Shown here one piece after another: positions 9,068 to 18,353 of a DNA stretch of 64,000 bases. The first letter of the stretch is position 1; every line of letters starts with the position of its first letter. The notes beneath the pieces are model-generated. The model worked only from the letters and a program-made list of their open reading frames with translations, was not told the DNA's origin and ran no database searches. The stretch is from an uncultured virus (IMG/VR IMGVR_UViG_3300025880_000013) (taxonomy: Duplodnaviria; Heunggongvirae; Uroviricota; Caudoviricetes): the IMG/VR virus record IMGVR_UViG_3300025880_000013. The stretch is one strand, 5' to 3'. Both the position numbers and the translations under genes were made by a program.

Positions 9068-10567
9068 TTGATACTCACATTAACAGATGATAATCAGTTC
9101 TTAAGAATTGACGATGCAACTGAACTTGAATTAGAACAAATTACAATCTCCCTCACGAAAAGAATCGAGAGCTGGAGATTTAACCCGTTAGTAAAGAGAG
9201 GTGTTTGGGATGGATATGTGTCTTATATAAAAGATGACAAATGGATTCCAGCTGGATTATGGCGACATGTTTTACAAATATGTAAAGACTATAATTTAGA
9301 GATTGAAATGAATGGTATTAAACGCCTTATAGACCCCAATATAAATGCAGATACATTTGAGAAGTGGGCTCTTGATTTCTTTAAAGGTGCCGAGATTACA
9401 CCAAGAGATTATCAAATAGAAACAGCATATAATATACTTAAATTTAGAAAGTGTCTAGCAGAGCTTGCAACATCCGCAGGTAAGACACTAATCAGTTTCC
9501 TAACTATAGCATACATGTTAGAAAAAGGAAAGGCTGAAAAAATCTTAATGATCGTGCCTAACGTTTCATTAGTTGTACAGGCACATGAGGATTTTCACGA
9601 TTATAATTATATGAATAAGGTCCCGTTAAAGATCCAGCAGATCTTTGCAGGCCAGAAAATAAAATCAAATAAAAATATTATTATTGGAACATACCAATCC
9701 CTAGTAAAAAAGAATGCTGAATACTTTCAACAGTTTGATGCAGTACTTGTTGATGAAACACACAAAGCAAAGAGTAATTCAATAAAGACAATTTTACAGA
9801 AGTGTACAAGTGCTCAATACAAATTTGGGCTATCAGGTACAATTCCAAAAGAAGGGACACTTGATAAACTAACATTAATGAGCCAAACCGGCCCAGTTAT
9901 TAGTGAAGTTAAAGCAAACTTTTTACAAAATCAAGGACATATTGCAAAATGTGTAGTTAAGGTGATTGAAATGAATTATGCAACAGACACACAAAGGCTT
10001 GCGTTCCAAGAATTAGCACAAAATAAATATGATAGAAAAGATGTATTTTCACTTGAACAGAATTTCGTTATTACTAACGAAGCTCGCCTCGACTTTGTTT
10101 CAAGTGTTATTAGTAGAGTACCCAGGAATTCCCTTGTTCTTTTCCACAGGATTGAGCATGGTAAAAAATTATATGAGAAGCTTAGACAGGAAAGCGACAA
10201 AAGAGTCTATTACGTCGACGGTGGAACTGATAAAGATATTAGAGAAGAATACAAGAAAAAAATGGAAGCAGGTGATGAAGTTGTTATTGTCGCGAGTTAT
10301 GGTACGTTCTCGACAGGAATATCCATTAAAAAAATTCACAGTATCTTTTTTACAGAGTCGTTCAAATCGGAAGTAATAATAAGACAGTCAATAGGTCGTG
10401 GTTTAAGACAACATGAGTCCAAAGACAAAGTATTAATTGTAGATTTTGTAGACAATATTAGAACTCAGGAGTGGGATAATTATCTATGGAAACATGGTAA
10501 AGCAAGGCAATCTATATACAAACAAGAAAAGTTTGATTATAATATTAAAAGAGTCTCTTTTGAATGA
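9068..10567 (+). CDS. uvsW: UvsW-like SF2 DNA helicase (TTG start)
   Basis: WDG, PRDYQ, ATSAGKT, DETH, GLSGT, STGISIK, QSIGRGLR motifs. Confidence 0.92.
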   Translation: MILTLTDDNQFLRIDDATELELEQITISLTKRIESWRFNPLVKRGVWDGYVSYIKDDKWIPAGLWRHVLQICKDYNLEIEMNGIKRLIDPNINADTFEKWALDFFKGAEITPRDYQIETAYNILKFRKCLAELATSAGKTLISFLTIAYMLEKGKAEKILMIVPNVSLVVQAHEDFHDYNYMNKVPLKIQQIFAGQKIKSNKNIIIGTYQSLVKKNAEYFQQFDAVLVDETHKAKSNSIKTILQKCTSAQYKFGLSGTIPKEGTLDKLTLMSQTGPVISEVKANFLQNQGHIAKCVVKVIEMNYATDTQRLAFQELAQNKYDRKDVFSLEQNFVITNEARLDFVSSVISRVPRNSLVLFHRIEHGKKLYEKLRQESDKRVYYVDGGTDKDIREEYKKKMEAGDEVVIVASYGTFSTGISIKKIHSIFFTESFKSEVIIRQSIGRGLRQHESKDKVLIVDFVDNIRTQEWDNYLWKHGKARQSIYKQEKFDYNIKRVSFE

Positions 10568-10611
10568 GATATATATTAAACATATCAAAACATAAATAAA
10601 TTAATTATAAA

Positions 10612-12546
10612 ATGGCAGAAATGAATAAAATTAAATCTTTTAAGTCTTTCTCTGATATATTAGCTCAAGAATCAGCGGCTAAATTAGCAGAAGAAAACAA
10701 TCTTAAAAGAGCTGAATTATCTACTAAAATTGCATCTATACTAGATTCAATGAATATCACTTCACTAGAAGGATTAGAGGAAGATCAAAAAACAGAAATA
10801 ATTTCGCAATTATTTGGAGAAATTTCTGAAGAAGAAACAGAGGAAGATGTGCCAGTCGTTAACGACGAGGAAGAAGTTGAAGAGCTTACTGAAGCTATTA
10901 AAGTAGAAGGTAAGAGAGACGCTAAGAAAGTCTTAACAGTATACAATAAAATATTTAACAAAGTTTTAGTTGATTTAGGTGCAATGCCAAATGATTCAAT
11001 TTTAGGATGTATTAAATATCTTATGAGTGAGGCAATGATTGATGCAAACTTCCATAGAGAAGCAGCCTCAGTTTCTAAAATGATTAAAGGAAATATTAAG
11101 CCTTTAGAAATTAAAATGCCAGGTTTAGGCGGACACTTTATTAAAATCGGACCAACTACAATCAAATCAATTTTAGACAAGTATTATTCAGATGTTGCAA
11201 ATGCAGCTGGATGGTCAGGAATGGGAATCGCTGAAGGTACTGCACTCTACTTAGAGCAGATTAAGCAAGAAGCGATGGGACAGGCTGTAATTAATAAATT
11301 TAATTCAGCATTTGAAGGTGCAGATGTTAGAATCGATTTAGATTCTAAATTAAATGAATCAAAAGATTCTTCAACGGTTACAGTATCAGATGAAACTACA
11401 AAACTAGAAGAACGTAATGCATTTTTAGGAGCAAGAGCTAAAGCGATTGAAGAAGATTTAGAAGAATTTGAATTTAACGGTAAAATGTACCCAGTAACAG
11501 TTAATGAATCTACGGTTCTTAACGAAGGAACTAGAGGTCAATTTGGTAAAATAGACAAGGCTGGAAATATCACTTCTGTATATACACACTACGACTCTTA
11601 CCCAGAAAACATGTTACCAATTATTAAAAAATCTTTTAAAGGCGGTAAAAACGTAGATAGTGTAATCGACAAAGGAGCCAATAGCGGATTAGATGCAGAT
11701 ATTTCTAAAATCAACTTTTACAATGACGGTACTACAAACACTACTGGATCTATTAAAAATATAGACAATTATTTAAAAGACGCAGATAGAGATGGCGGCG
11801 CAGAATTTGTATATCTATGGGATGAAAAATCTAAAAAATGGATGATGGCAGATATTTACGGAGGTTCTGGATTAGTTCCAGCATTTGAATCAGTAGTTAC
11901 TGAAGCTAAATTCGTAAAAGATTTTAATAGAGACGTTTTAAATGCGAAAACAAAAGAAGAAGTTTTAGAGCTTTATCCAAACGCTGAATTCTTTATCGGT
12001 AAATCAGATCATTTCTTTGGAGAACTAGACGGTAACTTATTCTTTAAAGCATACTACACTAAAGCACAAAAAGAATTTGAAATCAAATCAGTTTATTCTC
12101 AAAAAGGAAGCAACTATGTTCATTTATATAACGAATCAGTAGTTAACGAAGCAGAAATTAAATCTGACGATGAATTTAAAGAGTATGCAACTACAGTTTT
12201 ACAAAAAGCATTTGGAGAAGATTATGACGAGGCTAAAGCTGGAGAAGTAATTGACGGAATCTTATCAAAATCTGATGGAGATTACGGAGCTGCAGTCGGA
12301 ATGTTAACAAGTTCTTTAGGAGAATCAGTAGTTACTGAAACTAATGCAGATGGTACTATCTCAGATGATGAAGACGATGATATGGATAACTTAAGAGCAG
12401 ACGTTGAGTTTATGACTAAAGAGTTAATAGACCATATTACAAAAGAGACTGAAAGAATCGGAGGGCCATTTAGAGCACCTGGATATGAGTATGAGGCTAA
12501 GAAAATAATCAAAAGCACCATGCAAAAGAAAAAGTTTAAATTATAA
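10612..12546 (+). CDS. Putative internal head polyprotein with multiple (L/V)xE protease sites
   Basis: Late motif upstream; KIKSFKSF leader; modules separated by LTEA, LNES, VNES, LNEG, ESVVTEA, ESVVNEA, ESVVTET. Confidence 0.6.
   Translation: MAEMNKIKSFKSFSDILAQESAAKLAEENNLKRAELSTKIASILDSMNITSLEGLEEDQKTEIISQLFGEISEEETEEDVPVVNDEEEVEELTEAIKVEGKRDAKKVLTVYNKIFNKVLVDLGAMPNDSILGCIKYLMSEAMIDANFHREAASVSKMIKGNIKPLEIKMPGLGGHFIKIGPTTIKSILDKYYSDVANAAGWSGMGIAEGTALYLEQIKQEAMGQAVINKFNSAFEGADVRIDLDSKLNESKDSSTVTVSDETTKLEERNAFLGARAKAIEEDLEEFEFNGKMYPVTVNESTVLNEGTRGQFGKIDKAGNITSVYTHYDSYPENMLPIIKKSFKGGKNVDSVIDKGANSGLDADISKINFYNDGTTNTTGSIKNIDNYLKDADRDGGAEFVYLWDEKSKKWMMADIYGGSGLVPAFESVVTEAKFVKDFNRDVLNAKTKEEVLELYPNAEFFIGKSDHFFGELDGNLFFKAYYTKAQKEFEIKSVYSQKGSNYVHLYNESVVNEAEIKSDDEFKEYATTVLQKAFGEDYDEAKAGEVIDGILSKSDGDYGAAVGMLTSSLGESVVTETNADGTISDDEDDDMDNLRADVEFMTKELIDHITKETERIGGPFRAPGYEYEAKKIIKSTMQKKKFKL
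11887..11903 (+). repeat. Dispersed 17-bp linker repeat GAATCAGTAGTTACTGA (representative copy)
   Basis: Identical copies start at 11887, 12322, 20718, 47030 and 47795; variants at 12133, 17136, 17547 and 47462. Confidence 0.85.
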
Positions 12547-12557
12547 AAAAATATAAG

Positions 12558-12591
12558 AGTTTGACCTGGCTAAACCCGGGTCAAACTTTTT
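12558..12591 (+). terminator. Intrinsic terminator
   Basis: Stem AGTTTGACCTGG / CCGGGTCAAACT (one G-U pair) followed by a T tract. Confidence 0.75.
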
Positions 12592-12606
12592 ATTTATATC
12601 AATACC

Positions 12607-13200
12607 ATGAAACACATTAAATTATTTGAGCAATTTATCTCAGAAAAATCTAGTGGTGAATTAATTAAACCTAAGAGAGGTAGAATAACTAAATTTAATC
12701 ATAAAAAATATCCAGAACTTTCTGGAGAATTCTTTGACTTAATATCTACAGCATATGCTGCAATAGGAGGACATGCAAAGATTAAATCACCGGATGATGT
12801 TTTTGGAGATCCAGACTGGAACTATTGGGAAGGCTTAGATATTCATGGTAATGAAGACTTTGATATGATAATGTTTGGTAAAAAGACTAAGTTTGGAGTA
12901 AAGTATTCAGGAGTAGGTCATGACGGTAGTTCACAGGCAAAAAGAGAATACATAGCAGCTCGAGGAAGAGACCTTAATAAGTTAGGATTTTACATTGAAG
13001 TTTCAGGTAGAATCGCAGAGATCTTATTAGATTCATATAATGTACCAGTAGTTTCTGATGAAAGTACGGTTGAAAAAGTATTAGGTAAAAAAGTAGATTG
13101 GATTGGTTTAAAACAAGGATCACCTGGAAATGGATGGTATTCTAGAAAGCTAGGAGGTCAAATGCACGACAAGATATTATTAGGAAGACCTAAAGCTTAG
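12607..13200 (+). CDS. Capsid-targeting-leader protein (197 aa)
   Basis: N-terminus MKHIKLFEQFISE. Confidence 0.6.
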   Translation: MKHIKLFEQFISEKSSGELIKPKRGRITKFNHKKYPELSGEFFDLISTAYAAIGGHAKIKSPDDVFGDPDWNYWEGLDIHGNEDFDMIMFGKKTKFGVKYSGVGHDGSSQAKREYIAARGRDLNKLGFYIEVSGRIAEILLDSYNVPVVSDESTVEKVLGKKVDWIGLKQGSPGNGWYSRKLGGQMHDKILLGRPKA

Positions 13201-13230
13201 AAAAAATATAGGAAAAAAGTGATGTAATAT

Positions 13231-13274
13231 TTTTTTATGTCGCTTTTTTTGTTTATATTTACATATAACAAATA
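13231..13274 (+). promoter_or_regulatory. Early/host-sigma-type promoter element
   Basis: TTTTTTATGTCGC...TTATATTTACATATAACAAA; 13240-13274 is identical to 26083-26117 and similar to 55497-55538. Confidence 0.6.
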
Positions 13275-13280
13275 ATAAAA

Positions 13281-14237
13281 ATGAAGATAGCATATTTACA
13301 CGGTTTAGAATCAAGTATTGATCAGAAAGATCCAAAGATTATTTTTTTAAATGACAATTTTGATAAGGCATATATGCCATCGATAAATTATAAAGATGAT
13401 AACACCTTTGATAAATTATATAAAGATATCAAATCATTAAACCCAGATCTTATTGTTGGATCTTCAATGGGCGGATACTTTTCTTATTTAATCGGTAGAA
13501 AACTATCAATCCCAGTATTAGCGTTCAATCCAGCGTTAGTTGGTAGAACATTTGACCCGGTCGTAGATGATTCTAATTTAAAAAATACCAGAATCGATAT
13601 AAGATTCGGTAAGAGCGATTCAGTTATTATTGGAAAGGACGTAAGAAAATATTTAAAGGATAATAAAGTATCCTTCAATCATACCGGATACACTGGCGGC
13701 CATCGAGTTCCAGCAGATGTATTTATCAATAGCATCAAGGAAGTATTAGATATGAGTGAGATATATAATAAAATAGAAAAAAGTCAATATAAGATGAAAC
13801 ACATTAAATTATTTGAAGAATTTAGCGAAGAAATTGCAAACGAATATGACTTTGTTGGTATGCAAGCTTCTAAACTTGGCATGACAAGAGAAGAATATAC
13901 AGCACATTATCTAACACCTACAATAGGTTCAGGTATTGATGAGGCAAAAGCAATATCTTCACAGAACGAACCTTTCCGAGTTAAAGGAATCAATTTTACA
14001 TATACAGAGCAGCGTGGTAGATTTTATGGCGCTTATTTATATGACGTTGCAAAAACAGCAAATGTACAACACAAAGCTAAATTCGGATTAGAGGAAGTAC
14101 AATCTTTTCTAAAGTCTATTAAAATAACAGATAAAGTTCCATCAACATATGAAATTGATGAGCTAGACGCTTTATGTAAACAAATAGCTAAAAAAGGTAT
14201 TGTATGTGATCATAACGACGCAATGGACATCTCTTAA
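13281..14237 (+). CDS. YqiA/UPF0227-like alpha/beta hydrolase fused in frame to a capsid-targeting-leader module
   Basis: YLHG, GSSMGG nucleophile elbow, FNPAL, D..GGH. Internal MKHIKLFEEF starts at 13794, preceded by GATATATA at 13760. Confidence 0.7.
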   Translation: MKIAYLHGLESSIDQKDPKIIFLNDNFDKAYMPSINYKDDNTFDKLYKDIKSLNPDLIVGSSMGGYFSYLIGRKLSIPVLAFNPALVGRTFDPVVDDSNLKNTRIDIRFGKSDSVIIGKDVRKYLKDNKVSFNHTGYTGGHRVPADVFINSIKEVLDMSEIYNKIEKSQYKMKHIKLFEEFSEEIANEYDFVGMQASKLGMTREEYTAHYLTPTIGSGIDEAKAISSQNEPFRVKGINFTYTEQRGRFYGAYLYDVAKTANVQHKAKFGLEEVQSFLKSIKITDKVPSTYEIDELDALCKQIAKKGIVCDHNDAMDIS

Positions 14238-14255
14238 ACAAAATAACAACAAACA

Positions 14256-14906
14256 ATGAAACCAGTAAGATTATTTGAACAGTTCGTTAATGAAGCAGTA
14301 TCTTTTGATAAAAAAGGTATTAAAGCTAAATTAGAAGATAAAGTTAGAATTGCAAAAATTGCAGTCGACAAATGGGGAGGTTCATACGAAAAGGTATTAG
14401 CAAAAGCAGAAGCATCTGCAAAATCCGGTAAATTACCAAACTATAAAGAACATTTAAGTGTTCAAGGCGATAGTGAACAAGATTCTTATGATGTATTTCA
14501 AGGAAGAAACGCTGCTCAATTAGCAGAGAAAATCTCAAAGGTAATTAAGAAGTACAAGAAATATGAGGTTGAACAGTCTTCAGTAGGTGCTGCGGCTGGT
14601 TGGTCAGGTACTGCAAGATCTACAGTTGGTGGATCAATTGAAGGAAAGGCAAATTTCAGCAATGGTAATGCATCTTTTTTAATCGCAGTTACATGCGGTG
14701 GAGGAATTGATAGATCAGTTAGAGATAAAATGTTCCAAGAAATCTATGAATTAATGTTTGTATTAGATCAATATAATTCAAGTGATGGCGGTGTTCAGTT
14801 TAACACAAGCGAAGGAACAAATTACAACACAATAGGATTACAAAATTCAAGCTATTCATTTAATAGTGGAATGGCATCTAAGTTAGAAAATATAATGAAC
14901 AATTAA
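14256..14906 (+). CDS. Capsid-targeting-leader protein (216 aa)
   Basis: N-terminus MKPVRLFEQFVNE/A. Confidence 0.6.
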   Translation: MKPVRLFEQFVNEAVSFDKKGIKAKLEDKVRIAKIAVDKWGGSYEKVLAKAEASAKSGKLPNYKEHLSVQGDSEQDSYDVFQGRNAAQLAEKISKVIKKYKKYEVEQSSVGAAAGWSGTARSTVGGSIEGKANFSNGNASFLIAVTCGGGIDRSVRDKMFQEIYELMFVLDQYNSSDGGVQFNTSEGTNYNTIGLQNSSYSFNSGMASKLENIMNN

Positions 14907-14907
14907 G

Positions 14908-15228
14908 ATGAAACACGTAAGATTATTTGAACAATTTGTCAATGAGGCAAAGGTAGATAAAAAGTATTTTGACAAAGTAGTTAAAGTACTAAGCAAATCA
15001 AAATATCCATTTACTATAATGTTAGTTTCTAAATGGGATGAAATCGATATTGTTATAGGTTATGATGCACCTGATGATATTTCAGATGACATTGATCAAA
15101 GACTAAGTAAAGCTAAACTAAACTGGGGCGGAAGTTCTGGTATTACTATTGCAGGTGATTCATCAAATTATTCTAGAAGAGAATATGATGAAATCGCAAG
15201 AATAAACGGAGGACATAAAGATTATTAA
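14908..15228 (+). CDS. Capsid-targeting-leader protein (106 aa)
   Basis: N-terminus MKHVRLFEQFVNE/A. Confidence 0.6.
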   Translation: MKHVRLFEQFVNEAKVDKKYFDKVVKVLSKSKYPFTIMLVSKWDEIDIVIGYDAPDDISDDIDQRLSKAKLNWGGSSGITIAGDSSNYSRREYDEIARINGGHKDY

Positions 15229-15231
15229 GAT

Positions 15232-15534
15232 ATGAAACCAGTAAGACTATACGAAGACTTTATTAACGAAGGAATGTTCAGAACATACAATGAAATAGTA
15301 GGATATGAACTAGACAAGTTTAAGGAGTCTTATCTAGAGCTACACCCAGATAACGTGATAACTTACGATAAAAAAGAAGATGTCACATATGGACACAGAA
15401 AGGGTTCTAGAGATTCTCACTGGAGATATAATCATGAAGATTATAGATTACACCACGACCTAAAGGACAGAGATGTTTTAGGTCTTATTAATTTTAAAAA
15501 AATGGTGGCTAAGAACCATCCATGGTCAAAATAA
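15232..15534 (+). CDS. Capsid-targeting-leader protein (100 aa)
   Basis: N-terminus MKPVRLYEDFINE/G. Confidence 0.6.
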   Translation: MKPVRLYEDFINEGMFRTYNEIVGYELDKFKESYLELHPDNVITYDKKEDVTYGHRKGSRDSHWRYNHEDYRLHHDLKDRDVLGLINFKKMVAKNHPWSK

Positions 15535-15538
15535 AAAC

Positions 15539-16828
15539 ATGAAAAAATTATTATCATTTCAAGACTTTTTAGTTGAAAAGGCAAATCAACAATTGCTAGA
15601 AGATTCTCAGTTAATTTTAGAAGGTGGAGCAGCAGGACATATGTCCCATCCATTTGATGAGAAAGATTTAACATTCGGAGATTTTAAGAAAATTATCGAG
15701 GCAGGTTTACAAGGTGAACTAAACTTTGAGGAAGAAGCAACTGAGAAAACAGACGGTCAAAACGTATTTGCAACAGTACAAGATGGAGAGGTTAAATTTG
15801 CTAGAAATAAAGGTGAATTAAAGAATCCAATGGATCTGGCTACATTTAGTCAAAAATTCGAAGGACATCCAAGTAAATTAGTACAAGATACTTTTCAATT
15901 CGCAGCAGAAGACTTAGCAAACTCACTAAATAAATTATCCCCTAAAGACTTAGAAGTTTTTGATAATGGTAAAAACTGGATGAACATGGAGTTAATTTAC
16001 TCTAAGAATCCAAATGTAATTTATTATGATCGTGATGTTATCCAATTCCATGGTATTAAGAAAACTGACGGAGAAGGAAACATTATAGGAGATGATAACA
16101 AACCAGCAAGATCAATCGCTAAAGCGATGCAAGACTTAAAGGTTAATGTTGGTAAAACATTTACGGTTATTCCACCTCAAGTTATTAAATTAGGAAAAGA
16201 TTTAGATTTTGAAAAGAACAAAGCTAAATTCGTTAAAAAAGTAGAAGAACTTAAAAACAAATATAAATTAGCAGATTCTGATCAAGTTTCTAAATATCAC
16301 GAAATGTGGTGGAGAGAAACAATCGATACAAGTTTCCCAGATTTACAACAAGACTATAAAGAAGGTTTATTATTAAGATGGGCTTATGGCGACAAAAAGA
16401 CGTTAAATATGAGATCACTTGCAAAAGAGATTGGTAAAGACGAAGCTGCTGCTGTAAAGAAATTTGATAAAGAAGATATTAAAAAGAAACAAAAAGAAAA
16501 CATTAGACCATTCGAAGATCTTTTCTTAGAACTAGGATCTATCATTCTTAAAAATGCAAGTAACTTTGTTGCTGCGAATCCGGATGCTGAAATGCAAAGA
16601 TTGCACAATCAAATCAGAACTGAAGCTGACAAAATTAAAAAGGGCGGAGAAGTTGCTCAAGTTAATAAAGTAATGTCAGAGCTAGATAGGTTAGATCGAA
16701 TCGGAGGCATTGAATCAATTATCCCAACTGAGGGTATTGTATTTGTATACAAAGGAAAAACAATGAAATTAACAGGTACTTTCGCAGCAATTAACCAGTT
16801 AATGGGTATCATAAAATACGGAAGATAA
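15539..16828 (+). CDS. Ligase-fold nucleotidyltransferase (DUF6267-like / RNA ligase-like) with leader
   Basis: Leader MKKLLSFQDFLVE; GHMSHPFD, motif I EKTDG, ARNKG, EGIVF and KLTG. Confidence 0.6.
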   Translation: MKKLLSFQDFLVEKANQQLLEDSQLILEGGAAGHMSHPFDEKDLTFGDFKKIIEAGLQGELNFEEEATEKTDGQNVFATVQDGEVKFARNKGELKNPMDLATFSQKFEGHPSKLVQDTFQFAAEDLANSLNKLSPKDLEVFDNGKNWMNMELIYSKNPNVIYYDRDVIQFHGIKKTDGEGNIIGDDNKPARSIAKAMQDLKVNVGKTFTVIPPQVIKLGKDLDFEKNKAKFVKKVEELKNKYKLADSDQVSKYHEMWWRETIDTSFPDLQQDYKEGLLLRWAYGDKKTLNMRSLAKEIGKDEAAAVKKFDKEDIKKKQKENIRPFEDLFLELGSIILKNASNFVAANPDAEMQRLHNQIRTEADKIKKGGEVAQVNKVMSELDRLDRIGGIESIIPTEGIVFVYKGKTMKLTGTFAAINQLMGIIKYGR

Positions 16829-16835
16829 ATATATT

Positions 16836-18023
16836 ATGAAAAAAGTAAGATTATTTGAACAATTCACAGCAAATAAAAATGTGAACGAAGCAGTTGCTAA
16901 AAATACTAAAGTATATCAAATCGCAACACCGGCCCCAAAGGCAATGTTAGTTGGAGAATTAGAAGATCTTTTCGGAGATGATTATAGACATATTGTTACA
17001 GAATTCGACGACAATGAAGGATATGAATCGGTATTAGTATTCAATCTAACAAAGAACGATATTAAAAGAATACAAGAAGAGATTGGAGATGTACTAATCT
17101 GGGAATACTCAATTAAAAAAGGTAAAGCGATTAGCGAATCCTTAGTTAATGAAGCTTTTATAGGACCTTTTGTATTTAATGATAAAATGTCAGATGACGA
17201 ATTAAAAGCAATGTATGACGGAGCTATTGATGGTTACGCATATTATGCTAAAGGGATGCAATACCCGAAATCAGATTACAAGAAAGCTTATCAAGAAATA
17301 GAAAAAATCTTAAAGAAAAGAGGAGTTGTAGTTAATGAAGCTAAACTATCTGTTATTCATAAAGCTGCAAAGAAAGGAAGTTATCCTGTAAGTATTGTAG
17401 TTATTAGAGATGGTAAAGTAATCGCTCAAGAATTAGTTAAAACGCCAGCAGAAGTACCTGCCGCTTTTAATGTAATTCAGAGCTATCACAAACACAAAGG
17501 CGCAACTGTTCATATTGAATCTAAAACCGGTGAAAGATTATTTAGTGAATCATTAGTTACTGAAAGCGTATTTGCTTTTAAAACTGATAACATAGAACAA
17601 TTGCATTTTGAAACTGATCCTAAAACTGCTGAAGAAATGAAAATCGAACTTGGTAAAAAGCAAGGCGAAGTTTCTAAAAGAAAGCAAATTGAAAGCGGTG
17701 AATATTCTTTAAGAAGATTTAGAAAAGAGATTGGATATGGTAACGGTAAAGATGTTGGTGTATTTCTTCCAGGTTCTTATGATGCATCTATTTCAAAATT
17801 AGGAGATGGTCCACACAAGAAAGCTGTTAAAGCTGTTAAATGGAATCAAAAGAAATATGACCAATGGTTAGAAGATATGGCTTCAAACGGTGGAGCAGAA
17901 AACGCTTTCGATATGGCGCAAAATGCTAAGAACGAAAGAGGTCTTATTGATTGGGTAAAGAAAAACTTTAGAGGAGACGATCCAATGCAGAGAATCCAAT
18001 GGGATATTGAAGCATTTGCATAA
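16836..18023 (+). CDS. Capsid-targeting-leader polyprotein (395 aa)
   Basis: MKKVRLFEQF...VNEA; internal ESLVNEA, VVNEA, ESLVTES linkers. Confidence 0.6.
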   Translation: MKKVRLFEQFTANKNVNEAVAKNTKVYQIATPAPKAMLVGELEDLFGDDYRHIVTEFDDNEGYESVLVFNLTKNDIKRIQEEIGDVLIWEYSIKKGKAISESLVNEAFIGPFVFNDKMSDDELKAMYDGAIDGYAYYAKGMQYPKSDYKKAYQEIEKILKKRGVVVNEAKLSVIHKAAKKGSYPVSIVVIRDGKVIAQELVKTPAEVPAAFNVIQSYHKHKGATVHIESKTGERLFSESLVTESVFAFKTDNIEQLHFETDPKTAEEMKIELGKKQGEVSKRKQIESGEYSLRRFRKEIGYGNGKDVGVFLPGSYDASISKLGDGPHKKAVKAVKWNQKKYDQWLEDMASNGGAENAFDMAQNAKNERGLIDWVKKNFRGDDPMQRIQWDIEAFA

Positions 18024-18049
18024 ATATAAATAAACAAAAACAAACAATT

Positions 18050-18334
18050 ATGAAACATTTACAATTATTCGAACAATTTGTAAACGAAAAAAGACTTAAA
18101 AGAAGTGATCTTAAAGAGGTTCAAGATCTAGGCTATGACGCTGGGATTTCAGGTGGTACTATTAATGTAAATGGTGAAAATCCATGGGGAGATGAACACA
18201 ACTACACATTCTACTGGGATGGCGAAGCAGTTTGGTGTGAATCAGATGCTTCAAGTGGAGCAGATTACAATGGAACTGTAACTACTCCTGAGGAATTTGC
18301 CGATGCTATGACAGACACAGATAACTGGGAATAA
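18050..18334 (+). CDS. Capsid-targeting-leader protein (94 aa)
   Basis: N-terminus MKHLQLFEQFVNE/K. Confidence 0.6.
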   Translation: MKHLQLFEQFVNEKRLKRSDLKEVQDLGYDAGISGGTINVNGENPWGDEHNYTFYWDGEAVWCESDASSGADYNGTVTTPEEFADAMTDTDNWE

Positions 18335-18353
18335 ATAATTAATAAAAAATAAT

